DNA of 64,000 bases from Paraspadella gotoi (Eukaryota; Animalia; Chaetognatha). Numbering within the stretch: the stretch's first letter is position 1; each line of letters begins with the position of its first letter. A model generated the notes under the pieces. It had not been told where the DNA came from and searched no databases. It saw only the letters and a list, made by a program, of their open reading frames with translations. The stretch lies in NCBI GenBank assembly GCA_051294375.1, contig JBJCIZ010000046.1, positions 10,162-74,161 of the forward strand, in the 5' to 3' direction. Below, one piece after another: positions 1 through 11,859 of this stretch. The translations under genes and the position numbers were made by a program.

Positions 1-1480
1 TCTGTAGATTGTTAAATTGAAGTGATGGGATGATAGCGAGAAGTATGACGGTAAGTAATAAGAAAAAAATAGAGTCGTGGTCAGTAATGGGAAGAGGAAG
101 ATAAAGGAATGAATAAATTGTGATTAAGAAGTGTGAGATTTTGAAAATTAGCACTTGGAATTCAATTTACAGACACGGCGAAACAGTGGAAGCGATTTTA
201 GATTGAATCAACAATTTTTTTTTTTCAAATCTTTGAATGGATTTATTGCTGTCTGGGATTTAGTTTATGTGGCGAGGGAAAAGAAAAAGGAAGGAGAAAG
301 CGAAGAGGGAAAAGGGAAATAAAAAGGAGAGAATGAGGATTATAAAACGGGAAGTAAAATACAAAGTATAAAAAAGAACGAAGAAAAGTAACAAGCAGGT
401 TAAAAAAACGAAAGAAACGGTAACTCAAATATGGCCGGTTGCGCGCAATGACTTGTCAATCCCGTGTATTTTCACATCGCGGCACATACAGGAATCGTGG
501 GAATAACGTCTGTTACTTTAGTATTATGTACTCTCGATATCTTTTAAAAATACAAAAGGGCAAGTTGAGTAGTCCCGGTAAAGATTTGAGGTTTTTTCAG
601 TCATTAACAAACAATTGAAATCAAAGACAAGACGAATAATAGGCAATGAGTTTTGCAGCCTATCTTGAAGGTTGTGGGACAGACACGACGGGGCAAAGGA
701 CATTACCGACCAAACCGACGATCCGCTCCCGACCAATAGACTGACCGAAAAGTGATGAGTTGCTCCGCGCAGTACTCGTCGGCGAAACTTTAAAAGAAGT
801 GAAAAACTTAAAGGACGTTAGCGACTTGCAAAGTGGAACGTCAAAGATCAAAAGGTTCTCAAACGAGAAAGTTGAAAAAAAAAAAGACGCGGAATAAAAG
901 GAAAAGAAAACAAAAGGCTATTAGAAAAAAAAAAAAGAAAAAATTTTAAACGTATATTTATACGTAAAAATAAAAAGCATGACTATGAAAATAAAGCAAT
1001 ATAAGAAATAAAAAACTATGTATATACCTTTTGGTTTAAGATACATTTTAGTTTTTATTCGAACAATATGTTCCCTATAAATTTAATATTTGAATTTCAT
1101 CTAATCCATCGCCAGAAACCTTTGCGCTCGTGAAACACGTCAAACAAGAAACGCAATATGGATTGCGACTTTCGAGAAATGGTCCACATCAAACCAAGCA
1201 ATTGTTTGAAGTTCACGGAACTAAATAGTGTACAGAATTCGTTCCTCTCTCTCTTTACTGTGTTAATACATTCACATTTTGAGCATAATAAATCAAAATC
1301 AATCAAATCAATCTCTCTCTTCTCTCTTCTCTCTCCTCTCTCTCTCCTCTCTCTCTCTGCTCTCTCTCTTTCTCACTCTCCCACTTCCTTCCCATGGTCC
1401 GCCAAGAGCACAAGCGCCCATCTCCTCCGCTCTGAAGGACGACGTTAAAAACCCCAACATTTTTTCCTCACTTTCTCCAG

Positions 1481-1574
1481 CATCATCACAACAAACGAGC
1501 AGTCATCACAACAACAACAACAGCTTGAAAAAGACTGTCCCCTTCTGTGTACTGCCGCAGAGTCCCGACTGATG
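1481..1574 (+). CDS. Possible host exon encoding the start of a Kazal domain (agrin-like gene)
   Basis: Polypyrimidine-CAG acceptor at 1480; frame reads QQQQQLEKDCPLLCTAAESRLM followed by GTTTGA donor; CPxxC is the Kazal N-terminal motif that normally continues VCG. Confidence 0.4.
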
Positions 1575-1719
1575 GTTTGATTCTTTTTTTTTCAAGTTGT
1601 CATCTGTCTCTGTCTTCTGTTGTACTCTTCTTTCCCTTCTGCCCCCCATTTTTTCCTGCTCTCTTTCACTCTGTGTGTCTCATCCGGATAACTTCTAGTC
1701 TCGGCCTAATTATTATTCA

Positions 1720-1990
1720 TAACACTACCACACCGCACGGTCTAGTTACATCTATCTAGCTCAACCATACTCTAATGTACATAATACACACAAGTGTTAA
1801 CTCAGACGTGTTAAACGCTCCAATTCTTGTCAAATACCAGTATGTGGCAGGCAAAGTGTAGCTAACTATATGTGTTATTGTGGCGTTCGTTTGCTTCCAG
1901 AAAGCCAGATTCATTTGTCGGTCTTGTCCAAAGAAGAGACAGGGATCTCCTTCTTGTGCAATCGTCGTTTTGTATTTCACTTCATGTACG
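1720..1990 (+). pseudogene. Degenerate piggyBac-like transposase C-terminal cysteine-rich domain
   Basis: Across frameshifts reads SCQIPVCGRQ...KARFICRSCPKK...LC..RF..FH, matching the CxxC..CxxC..LC..CF..H pattern of piggyBac transposase tails. Confidence 0.35.
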
Positions 1991-2169
1991 CATCCCTCTA
2001 TTTTCTGTATATGCTTCCCGTTTCGGTTAGCTATAACAATGAAAATAAATTGTACTGCTTTCTCATTTCTGGTCCAATCTATTATAAATATATAACAAAT
2101 CTATCTCTTAAGAATTTATGATTTACTACATATTATATATATATGGTTTATATTAATATATCGCCAAAT

Positions 2170-4057
2170 TAACATTTGCACGCACTACTTTCTCTCGCAC
2201 GTTTCTGGCCGGACACGCGCTATCGGGTCGTTGGATTGGCTCTTCGCAACCGCGAAGAGGCGTACAGCCGCAGAAGCAGCCATGCAGCATCAGCCGATTG
2301 CCAACAACGTGTCCCGCTCCACGTACGCCTTCTCCGCCGCTACGACTTCGCACTTCAATCCGCCCTTCGCCACCCCTACTTCGACGTTGCCAGCAGTAAC
2401 GTGAATTCTAAATCAAATCAGATCTCTCAACTACAGAGTGTTCCAGAGTTTTCCGACTTTAATATAATTAAATTTTAATTCTAAGTTTCAGTAAAATTTT
2501 TTTTTTTTTTTTTTTTTTTGTTCACCTTTAATTATATCCAGTATGAATTTCACACGTCATTCGATGGGGACACGAGGTGACCTCCGATCCTCATCGGACT
2601 TTTCGTGTCGCTCCTACCTTGTGACTTTACGACACGCCGCACCAAACCGACGCCGATGTCGACCTGTGTCGTCGCCGATTCCGCGTCGCCGTCGAACTCC
2701 AATGGTCACTTAAGTGTAGCGTGTTTTATGTCTTTTTCCAGTTTATTTTATTGTTTGTATGTTCCAAACAATTACATGTTTACGTTAGCCATGTTTATTT
2801 TGTTTGTTATGTTCCACAACATATAACTATTTACGTTAGCATGTTTGTATTTTTGTTTTATTTCATCAAACATTAGTTTGACTAGTCTAATCAATAATGT
2901 ACATCGTATCATGGCCCAGCAAAAGTTTAGTGTATTTACAAAAATATTAAAAGTTGCTACGGGACAAAAACAAACAACCAGAAATCGAAACAAGCCAAAT
3001 CACGATGGAGATTGAGATGACAACTGAATAAATGAATGGAACGAAATGAATATAATGGACAATCAAAAATTTAGATTTGATAATTAAATTGTTTTCGAGG
3101 GCCTCAACTCATACGATTACGAAGCCGCGTCTTTGTTTCGCCGACTCCCGATCTCGCCTTTCCATCGTTGGAAACATCACGCTCTGCGACGCAGCGGATC
3201 AGCTGCTTTACTTGATTCCGGTCAGGAGAATCATCCATTTGATTTTAATCTTACGTTTTCCAAACACAGCATCCCAACTTGTTCTTATTGTCGCCCAATT
3301 CTTTAAATTTTTTGAGACGAAAAACGTCGGTCACCCGCAAAAGATTCTTCCAACTCGCGGATTCGCGCATGATTTAGTATTCAACATAAACATTGCCAAA
3401 GAGATGTCGCGCGTGACAGTTTAAATACATCAACATTATTGTCGTGAAATGCGTTCTTTCCCGTCGATAACTCCTCGAGAATCAAACTGACTGGTGAGAC
3501 TATTTTCAGTAATTCTTAGCTAAACGATACTTTGGTAAACTGATTTAAATATCTTAATGCCGTTTCGCCGCGAAAATCTTAACCAAACATTCTCACCAAT
3601 TCTTAAGTTTTTCTGAGTTTTTACTGATACGAAGCCAGGGACTCTTTCAGATATAGTAAATTATCGTAATTTTTCGCGCAATGTTGCAATAATTTTCTCA
3701 TTTTTCCAAACGGTCCTTTTAGAATTTAATCTATTGAAACGTTTATTTTTAACTAAAGAGCGATGTGAAATAAGAAGCGTCACGTCGGGTAAAATAAGAA
3801 TCTCGAAAGGAGTCATGTCCCGTGAACGGGATTGTAAGCAGATCATTTAACATAAATTGGGTAAAAAGATAAATTTTCTCTTAATTCTGAAGGATTTTTA
3901 TTAAATAAAAGAAATTTCATTGAGGAACTTAGCTTACGAACGGCAAAGTTTTCAGCCATATTCGCACACGGTCGATAGCTACTCGTCACGCGGTGTCTTT
4001 GGCTACCGAGTAAGAATAACCATTTTGATAATTCCGACACAAAACCAGCCCCTCTGT
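2170..4057 (-). mobile_element. Gypsy family A partial copy A2a (integrase C-terminus plus 3' part of antisense cassette), noisy
   Basis: Reverse-complement match to about 19370-21100; ORF 3843-4040 (RHRVTSSYRPCANMAENFAVRKLSSSMKF) equals the A1 integrase; ends at an N gap. Confidence 0.85.
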
Positions 4058-4082
4058 NNNNNNNNNNNNNNNNNNNNNNNNN

Positions 4083-7000
4083 TTGCCTCCAGCATCATTT
4101 TCGTTGGCCGGCGTCTCCCTGGCAATCGTTCGTTGTCATCCTCATTCTGATGATGCTCCGATTTCTGTAGTTTTTAAATAAAAAGTCCGTTTTTCTTCTG
4201 TCCTTTCTATTTAAATACAATACTGTATAGAATTTTGATTCCTTTTATACTATTTATATAACCACAATTAACATTCCATGCCTAACAAAACTATTCCCTA
4301 CGTCGCCGTCTTGGACGCCTCCTCAAGACCGCAAGAGCGCTACAAGCCGGCAGAAGCAGGCCAATCCGCAGCATCAGCCGATTGCCAACAACGTCCCGCG
4401 TCCACGACGCCTTCCCGCCGCTACACTTCGCACTACAATCGCCCTTGCCCTACCGCCATACTTCTGACGTTGCAGCAGTCGTGATCCTTAAATCAAAGTC
4501 TCTCAACTACAGAGTTGTTCAGACTGTTTTCCGACTTTTATAATTAAGATTTTAATTCTAAGTTTCAGTCAAAATTTTTTTTTTTTTTTTTTTTTTACTT
4601 TTCTTTAATTTATCCAGTAATGAATTTCAATCGTATCAGATGGGACACGGGGGACCTCCGATCCTCATCGACTTTCGTCGTCGCCTACCTTGTGACTGTT
4701 CGACACGCGACGACCAAACGTACGCCTGATGTCGACCTGTGTCGTCGCCGATCTCCGCTCGCCGTCATGAACTCCAATGGTCACTTATATGCTAGCGTGT
4801 TTTCATGTCTGTTTTTCCAGTTGTATTTTATGTTGTGTATGTTCCAATAATCATGTTTAGTTCAGCATGTTTATTATTGTTTTGTATGTTCCAAAACATT
4901 ACACTATTTTACGTTAGCAATGTTTTATTTTTGTTTTATTCATTCAAACTATAGTTGACTAGTCTAATCCATAAATGTCACCATCGTATCATGGCCCCAG
5001 CAAAAGTTTAGTGTATTTTACAAAAATATTAAAAGTTGCGTAGCGGGACAAAAAACAAACAACCAGATATATATCGAAACAAGCCAAACTCACGGATGGA
5101 AGATTGATGTATGCACAACTGATATAAATGAATGAACAATGAATTAATGAGACAATCAAACAAATTTTAGATTTATAATTAACATTGTTTTCGAGGCCTC
5201 AACTCATACCGATTACGAGCGCGTCTTTTGTTTTCGCCGCACTCCGATCCTCGCTTTCCATCGTTGAAACATCACGACTGCTGCGACGCAGCGGGATCAG
5301 CTGCTTTTGATTGCCGGCAGAAATCATCCATTTGATTTTAATCTTACGTTTCCAAACAGCATCCTCAACTTTTCTTATGCTGTCGCCCAATTCATTTAAA
5401 TTTTTTGAGACGAAAACGTACGTCACCCGCAAAAGATCTTTCAACTCGACGGATTCGCGCAGATTTAGTATTCAACTAAAATTGCCAAAGTAAGATGCTC
5501 AGGGTGACAGTTTAAATACATATCAATATTATGTCGCTGAAATGCGTTCTTCCCGTGATAACTCCTCGAGATCAAATGACTGGTGAGACTATTTTAGTAA
5601 TCTTAGCTAACGATACTTTTGGTAAACCTGATTTAAGATATCTTAATGCCGTTTCGCGCGAAAATCTTAACCCAACATTCTCACCAATTTCTTAAGTTTT
5701 TTCTGAGTTTACTGTACGAATGCCAGGGACTCTTTCAGATATAGTAAATATCGTTAATTTTCGCGCAATGTTGCAATAATTTTCGTCATTTTTTCCAAAC
5801 CGGTCCTTTTAGAATTTATCTATGAAACCGTTTTTTTTAACTAAAGAGGATGGAAATAAGAAGCGTCACGTCGGTAAAAAAGATCTCGAGAGGAGTCATT
5901 CCCGTGAACGGGGATTGTAAGCAGATTCATTTAACATAAAATTGGGCTAAAAAGATAAATTTTCTTTCTTAATTCTGAAAGGATTTTTATTAAATAAAAG
6001 AATTTCATTTGAGGAACTTAGCTTAATCGAACGGCAAAGTTTTCAGCCATATCGCCCACTAACGGGTCGCTGAGTAGCTACTCGTCACCGCGTGTCTTTC
6101 GGCTACCTTGAGTAAAGAATAAACCATTTTTGATAATTCCGACACAAAACCATGCCCTCTTTCAGAAACAAATCGGTCGCACACCCCGTAGCAGCCAACA
6201 CCTTGTCAACAAGCAATGTTTGCCGTCGTCCTCGCCGACGGGTGTCCCTTGCCTACTTAGAAAAAAACCAACAAACGGAATGTTCTGTTCCACGTTCCAC
6301 TGCACAAAGAATGTAATAGGGCGCAGATCCGGACCCTCCACTCAATGGTCCTTTATGGTCAATGTTCCAAGCACTGTAGGTCAACNNNNNNNNNNNNNNN
6401 NNNNNNNNNNNNNNNNNNNNNNNNNNNNNNNNNNNNNNNNNNNNNNNNNNNNNNNNNNNNNNNNNNNNNNNNNNNNNNNNNNNNNNNNNNNNNNNNNNNN
6501 NNNNNNNNNNNNNNNNNNNNNNNNNNNNNNNNNNNNNNNNNNNNNNNNNNNNNNNNNNNNNNNNNNNNNNGGTAATTTATCATTCACCCACCTTTGGAAA
6601 TCTCATCTTAAACAGCACCCTCTTTAACAAACAAAAGAGAACTTGTTCTGCTCAGCTCAAGATTCCAGAAAAGCTTGTCCATCTGCTTTAGATAGTTTGA
6701 CTTCCGGTCATCAGGCCGTTCACCTTGCAACAGACGAATCATTGTAGAGATACCGTCATTTCTAGACTGCACTTCTTTAAGGTACTTGAATTTTCCATCA
6801 ACCATCGGGCTCAGTTCGAGTTCCGCGACACAGCGCTGCAGTTCTTCCACTGAATCAAAGAGAGGTGGAGCGTCGGTATCCATCCCCTTTTGCTTTAAAG
6901 AATTTCTGTAATCACATTTTAATTCTTGAAAATGGTAAGCCATCAATTGACCTGTGACGATTAGAACATCAGCATCAACCATTCCATCAGAAGTTGACAG

Positions 7001-8589
7001 TAGCATGCATCACCAACTCAGGCCTTGTACATACAAATAAGGATTCTAACCTTGTCTTATATTGAAAAATTATCATTAAATTCATTTAACTTTGTTCCGC
7101 CCATTAAATAAATGAATAAGATCTGAATGGTTACTAGTTATAGTGATAATTATTAATTAACTTATCCTCAACGGATTCTTCAAATAAATCTTTAACCATT
7201 TAAATTTTTTTAATTTATGATTAAAATCTCAAATTTTATTTCGCGATTAGGATGTTTAGACCAAGAAATTATTTTCTTCATCCCAGCTAATCCCATTCTT
7301 TTTTTCATTCAATTTTTCAGGCAAACTGTTTGTAGTCAGCACCAGCAACATATTCATGATTGCGTGCAACATCGACTTCCGCGGAAAAAAATGTGAGTCT
7401 TCATACTTTTTTCGCCATACTCGCTTTGTCCCACACTTCTGTCTCCTGCACTAACCATCATTTCATCATTTTTAGTATGACAACGGAAATATTCTTCAAA
7501 CAGTGTGATGATATATGATAAGTTTCCTTGTCAACTATGTCTAAATCCCCGGGCGACTCAATGCGACGATTCGAGTATCTCATCATCCGACATAGATTCT
7601 TGGATTTTAATTCTGCCTCAGGTAAGTCGCTGGCGGGTTTGAATCAGTGTTAACAATAACTAACAGTAAAAGGTTATCATTGAAATAGACATTAATAAGC
7701 GATGCAAAATAAGGTAAAGTTGTAAACTCCACCGCACGTATATCTTTGTCTTAGTAATGAAGCCCCTACCATATTATCAGTGTTAAATATGTATCAAACT
7801 CCCATCAGCAATAACATCCTATTTGAGAGCAAGAACATTTGTGACTGCCGCCACTTCACATAAATAAGGTGGTTTATTGACAAAGGTGTCGCTAAGCAAA
7901 CAGGCTCCAAAAATAAGCTAATTGGATGGTTTTTGTTTATAATTCTTTTACATAAACTACAGCTGAAGCCGCTCACTGCATCTTTACTCCAGTCAACATA
8001 ACACAAAAGTTTCTGATTCGTGTCTCTTGCTCACACACATCCTAACAAAAACCAACCAACAGTTGCTGCGACAGTCTTCTTTTGATTTCTTGAAAAGCCT
8101 TTTCATGCTCGTCTTCCCATTTATTAGATGAATCTTTTCTTAACAATCTTAATAAAGGGAGCAAAATAAAACTTTAGAATTTCTTAACAACAAGCGAAAA
8201 AAAATTACAGAATCCTATAAATTTTGTTAAACTTCTAACGAATCCGGTTCTAGGAAATTCTGTAAGTATCTGCAACTTTTTTTCTAGCTATACAAAACAA
8301 CATCAGCTGTTTCCTTAAGCTGCTTAAATTGAAACCCCATTAACTCAAAGGAGTCTGAGCATAAAAGATGAATTTTACTTGGCTGAATCATTAAGTTGTG
8401 CCTTGAGTAATTATACAATAATTTTCTTATCATATTTAAGTGCAAATAGTAAATAGCATCTTGATCGTTACTAGGCTTTTTATAAAAACTTTTTTCGTTT
8501 AATTTATAAGATGACAAGTCTCTTAATGTTTGCAAGAATACATCATCTATAAATGATTTCAACTAACATGGCTATCCACAATTATCCAC
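4083..8589 (-). mobile_element. Gypsy family A partial copy A2b (RT, RNase H, integrase, antisense cassette)
   Basis: ORFs SFIDDVFLQTLRD (RT), CYVDWSKDA (RNase H), DTDAPPLFDSVEELQR (spacer) near-identical to copy A1 on the opposite strand; lacks the insertion seen in A1 RT. Confidence 0.9.
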
Positions 8590-8765
8590 NNNNNNNNNNN
8601 NNNNNNNNNNNNNNNNNNNNNNNNNNNNNNNNNNNNNNNNNNNNNNNNNNNNNNNNNNNNNNNNNNNNNNNNNNNNNNNNNNNNNNNNNGAGAATGTTCC
8701 ATTGTATTTCCGATCCGATCCGTTGATCCAATTCGATTCTTGAGTCTTGATTCCTCTGTGATGCG

Positions 8766-8778
8766 TCCCCCCCTCCTC
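8766..8778 (-). promoter_or_regulatory. Polypurine tract of B1
   Basis: GAGGAGGGGGGGA on the minus strand directly before the LTR-like sequence. Confidence 0.75.
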
Positions 8779-9340
8779 AGACGACAGCGCACGCGGTCAG
8801 TCGGTAGCTGGAGTTGTGACCGTGAGGGGAACGAAGATCCTGTTTTGGACTTTCTCCAAGCTCAGCCTCTCTGGCTGTTGTTGTATTGAAAAGGTTTCTT
8901 TTTGAGAGGTTTTTGAATTTGATTCTTTTCTTTGTAGGAGAGGGAGCGAGAGGGAGAGAGAAATTCTCTTTTTATTTTGAACAAGAGAGAAAGAGAGAGA
9001 GTGAGAGAGAGTGAGAGAGTTTCTCTTGAATAAAAATACTCATTCCTCCTGGCTCCGTTTTATTGGCGTCCTTTCCCATTGTTTTCTTTTTTTTTGTTGG
9101 TCGTTTCGGTGAGGTCGGGGCTTCCGTGGGAGCTTTGTTTTTTTTTTTGGTTTTTTTGTCGAGTTTCTGTCTCGCGGCGTTTTCGTTGTCTTTTGTTTTC
9201 AAATTCCAATCGAGAAGATTACCTTATCTCGTTTTTTTTTTGTTCTATTTCTAATGTACGTCCTGGGTGAATAACTAATCCTACGTTTTATTTATTTATT
9301 TAATTCTAAGTTTTATTTACACTACTTTATGTCTCCTTTT

Positions 9341-10522
9341 CTATTCTGTTGGCCTTGTCTCATGCATTTTGAGGCGACGTCGATGATATCTGAGGTTTCG
9401 GCCAGCTATCGAGATGACGTAATGGTTGCCGTCATTCTCTACAACCTTATGAGGACCTGAATATATCCTTTTGACCTTGTTCTCGGTTGTTGCTGTTCCG
9501 GTCATGATCAGATCCCGTCTGGCCAGGACTAGATCGCCGACCTTAATCTCTTCTGGTCGTCTGTAAGGGTTTCTTCTGGCCGATTGTTTGTATAGCTTTG
9601 TCCGCTGGTTCGCCAGCTGTGCTTGAGCTCTTTCTTGCTTGTCGGCCCTTTGTCTTATAAAGTCGATGAGATTCCTTTTAGTGAAGTCGTCGGCACTTTC
9701 CACTAATCTTGGCCTGTGGCCAAACTGGATTTCATGCGGTGACATGTCTGTCTTCCAGCCGATTATGGGGGTTGCATTTAGGAGTAGCATCAGGTGTGGC
9801 AGCTGTTCCAGCCATCTGTTTGGTTGATCGTCGACAGCTTTGCGTAGGGCTTGGCGGATTCGGCCTATGTCCCTCTCGGCCCTGTTGCTATCTTTCTGTC
9901 CTACAAGGACTCGCCTGCCTACTGTGTCAAGTAGATTTAATATTGACTTCATTGCTGATCCGTTTAGTTGTGTTGCACCATCGAAATTTACTTCCATGTA
10001 GGCCCCATGTTGGAGAAAAATTTCTTTGTCGAGAGCTTTTACGATGGTCGTGGCATCTGCTCGACGTAGTGGGATTGCCCAGGTGTAGGCGAAAGCATTG
10101 TCTGATGCAACTAGAATGTAGATATGTCCAGCGACAGAGGAGAGATGCATGACATCGATGCTCAATGATTCCCAGGGTGCCATGGCCAGATTAGGAGCTG
10201 ATGGGGTTTCATTGTGTCTTTGTGTGTCTGTTGCCTTAGCGCAATTATCACAGTTTCTGAGACATTTCACTGCGGCCGCTGATAGTCCGGGGGCTGAAAC
10301 ATATTGGGCAGTTATAAATGCCGTACGATCGTGGCCGGGATGTCCAAAACGTTCGTGTAATTCTTTTGTGATAATTTCTGCTTTCTGGGCGGGTACGACG
10401 AATTTTTTTGTTGGTGTATTCGCCTTGAAACCTCTGATGATGAGAATGTCGTTGTTTGTGACGTCGAGATCATCCAGACAATTTGACAAATATTTTTCAG
10501 TTTTTATTTTTTTCTTTTGCAT
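9341..10522 (-). CDS. Retrotransposon integrase, family B (HHCC, DDE, GPY/F-type tail)
   Basis: HERFGHPG...CDNC zinc motif; SIDVM, NFDGA, NRAERDI catalytic residues; YSGPHKVV C-terminal module. Confidence 0.95.
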   Translation of the reverse strand: MQKKKIKTEKYLSNCLDDLDVTNNDILIIRGFKANTPTKKFVVPAQKAEIITKELHERFGHPGHDRTAFITAQYVSAPGLSAAAVKCLRNCDNCAKATDTQRHNETPSAPNLAMAPWESLSIDVMHLSSVAGHIYILVASDNAFAYTWAIPLRRADATTIVKALDKEIFLQHGAYMEVNFDGATQLNGSAMKSILNLLDTVGRRVLVGQKDSNRAERDIGRIRQALRKAVDDQPNRWLEQLPHLMLLLNATPIIGWKTDMSPHEIQFGHRPRLVESADDFTKRNLIDFIRQRADKQERAQAQLANQRTKLYKQSARRNPYRRPEEIKVGDLVLARRDLIMTGTATTENKVKRIYSGPHKVVENDGNHYVISIAGRNLRYHRRRLKMHETRPTE

Positions 10523-10989
10523 TTTCTCGTTTAACTTTTGTTTGGGTTTTTTTCGCCGTCTCCTTCCTTGAGGGCGTCAATGACCAGTTTGAAGGAATTG
10601 TCCTCTGTTTGCCACTTTTTTATTTTGGTGGCGAGTGGGACGAGGTTTGATTGCCTTTCTTGTGGTTGGGTAATTTCCATGGCAACCTCGGCTTCCGTGG
10701 TGTCGATGTCCGCCTCAAGGGTGCTGTCTGTCATGAGTTCATGATCGGTGCCTGTTTTTATCGCTTCTATTGTGTCAGAAACTTGAACGGGTGAAGTTGT
10801 GGGAGCTTCGACGTCTTTCGTGTCTAGCTGGATGTTTACGAAATCCTGTGGGAGCGCGTCGATATGTCGGGTGTCTACCTTGGCGGTTCTGGGTCGTCCC
10901 CTGCGTTCGGGTTGTTTGAGCATATCAACTTTGATGGTTTGGATTGGCCCCAAGCTGATGGGTCGTAAGGGCGTTGACTGGTTTACGTC

Positions 10990-11370
10990 ATTGACAAGGC
11001 TAACTTGTCTGGTAATGGTTCTGAAGATTTTCAGTGTTCTCTCGTATGTCGGGAGGCCATATACCCTTTCGAATTTGCAGCCTGTCTCCTTGGTCGAGCG
11101 TCCATCATGATTATGGTAATTTGAATCATTTCACTGAGGATTTCCAGTTCGGGGTGGCCGAGACTCCAATCTTTGGTGGAAATTGTCCTGATGAAGGCAT
11201 CAGCATCCTTGGTCTTGGGCTTGCCGTACAATTTTTCAATGTTGGCTTTTTTTGTAAGAATTTTTGTCTTACGAATTCAAAAAATTTTGCCCTGAAGGAT
11301 TTCGTGTCCTCGTTTAGTTCTTTGCTACTAATGCTAGTGTTGGGGCGTGTCCCGTGATGAGTTCTAGATG
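10990..11370 (-). other. OTU-like domain (catalytic Cys/His absent) within family B pol, copy B1
   Basis: GHAPTLALVAKELNEDTKSFRAKFFEFVRQ...AFIRTISTKDWSLGHPELEILSEMIQITIIMMD...YG...LKIFRTITRQVSLV follows OTU motif order; conserved in B2. Confidence 0.5.
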
Positions 11371-11386
11371 TTCTGGAGTTTCCTGG

Positions 11387-11838
11387 TCATAGAAGGGATT
11401 TTTCGGCGAAACCTGGTTCATACTCTCCTGTTACGTCGAATCCCGCTGGGAAGAATGGAGTATCGAGGGGCGTCACTTGACCTTGATCAGTAAAACGGGT
11501 TAGAAAGTCAGCCGGGTTATCTTCGCTTTTAACGAGGATAACCTCCTTGGGTTGGCATTCTTGTTTGATTTCCGTAATCACCTGAGTACGTTCGTGGGCA
11601 GTAGCTGTTGCCTGTCGTGTTGAAGATCCATCACCCTTTTGAAATATTGTGAAATCTGTGACGAGGGTGACGCTACGCCCACATGTGTAGCCCTTAAATT
11701 TTTGCACCATCATATTGAAGGCGAGTGTCTCCAGAATGTTGATATGTTTTATCCTGTATTCGTCTGGGAATGATTTTGAGTGGAAGGACAATGGATACTC
11801 GACGCCATCTGCGGTGGCGTGATTAAACCGCCCATTAA
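11387..11838 (-). CDS. RNase H domain, family B (frameshifted)
   Basis: Ty3/Gypsy RNase H motifs ETLA, VTD, NPADFLTR. Confidence 0.85.
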
Positions 11839-11859
11839 GATCGCCCTCTAATATAGTAA

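Larger units (their letters stand above)
8690..11838 (-). mobile_element. Gypsy family B partial copy B1 (RNase H, spacer, integrase, 3' region, PPT, start of 3' LTR)
   Basis: RNase H (SFHSKSF...ETLA...LVTDF...NPADFLTR), intact integrase ORF, polypurine tract, then a CATCACAG-containing LTR start resembling the B2 LTR start. Confidence 0.9.

Noticed and set aside
668-800. Possible Kazal exon (CGTD..GQ.T) on + strand
   Set aside because: Needs too many frame corrections and lacks the remaining cysteines.
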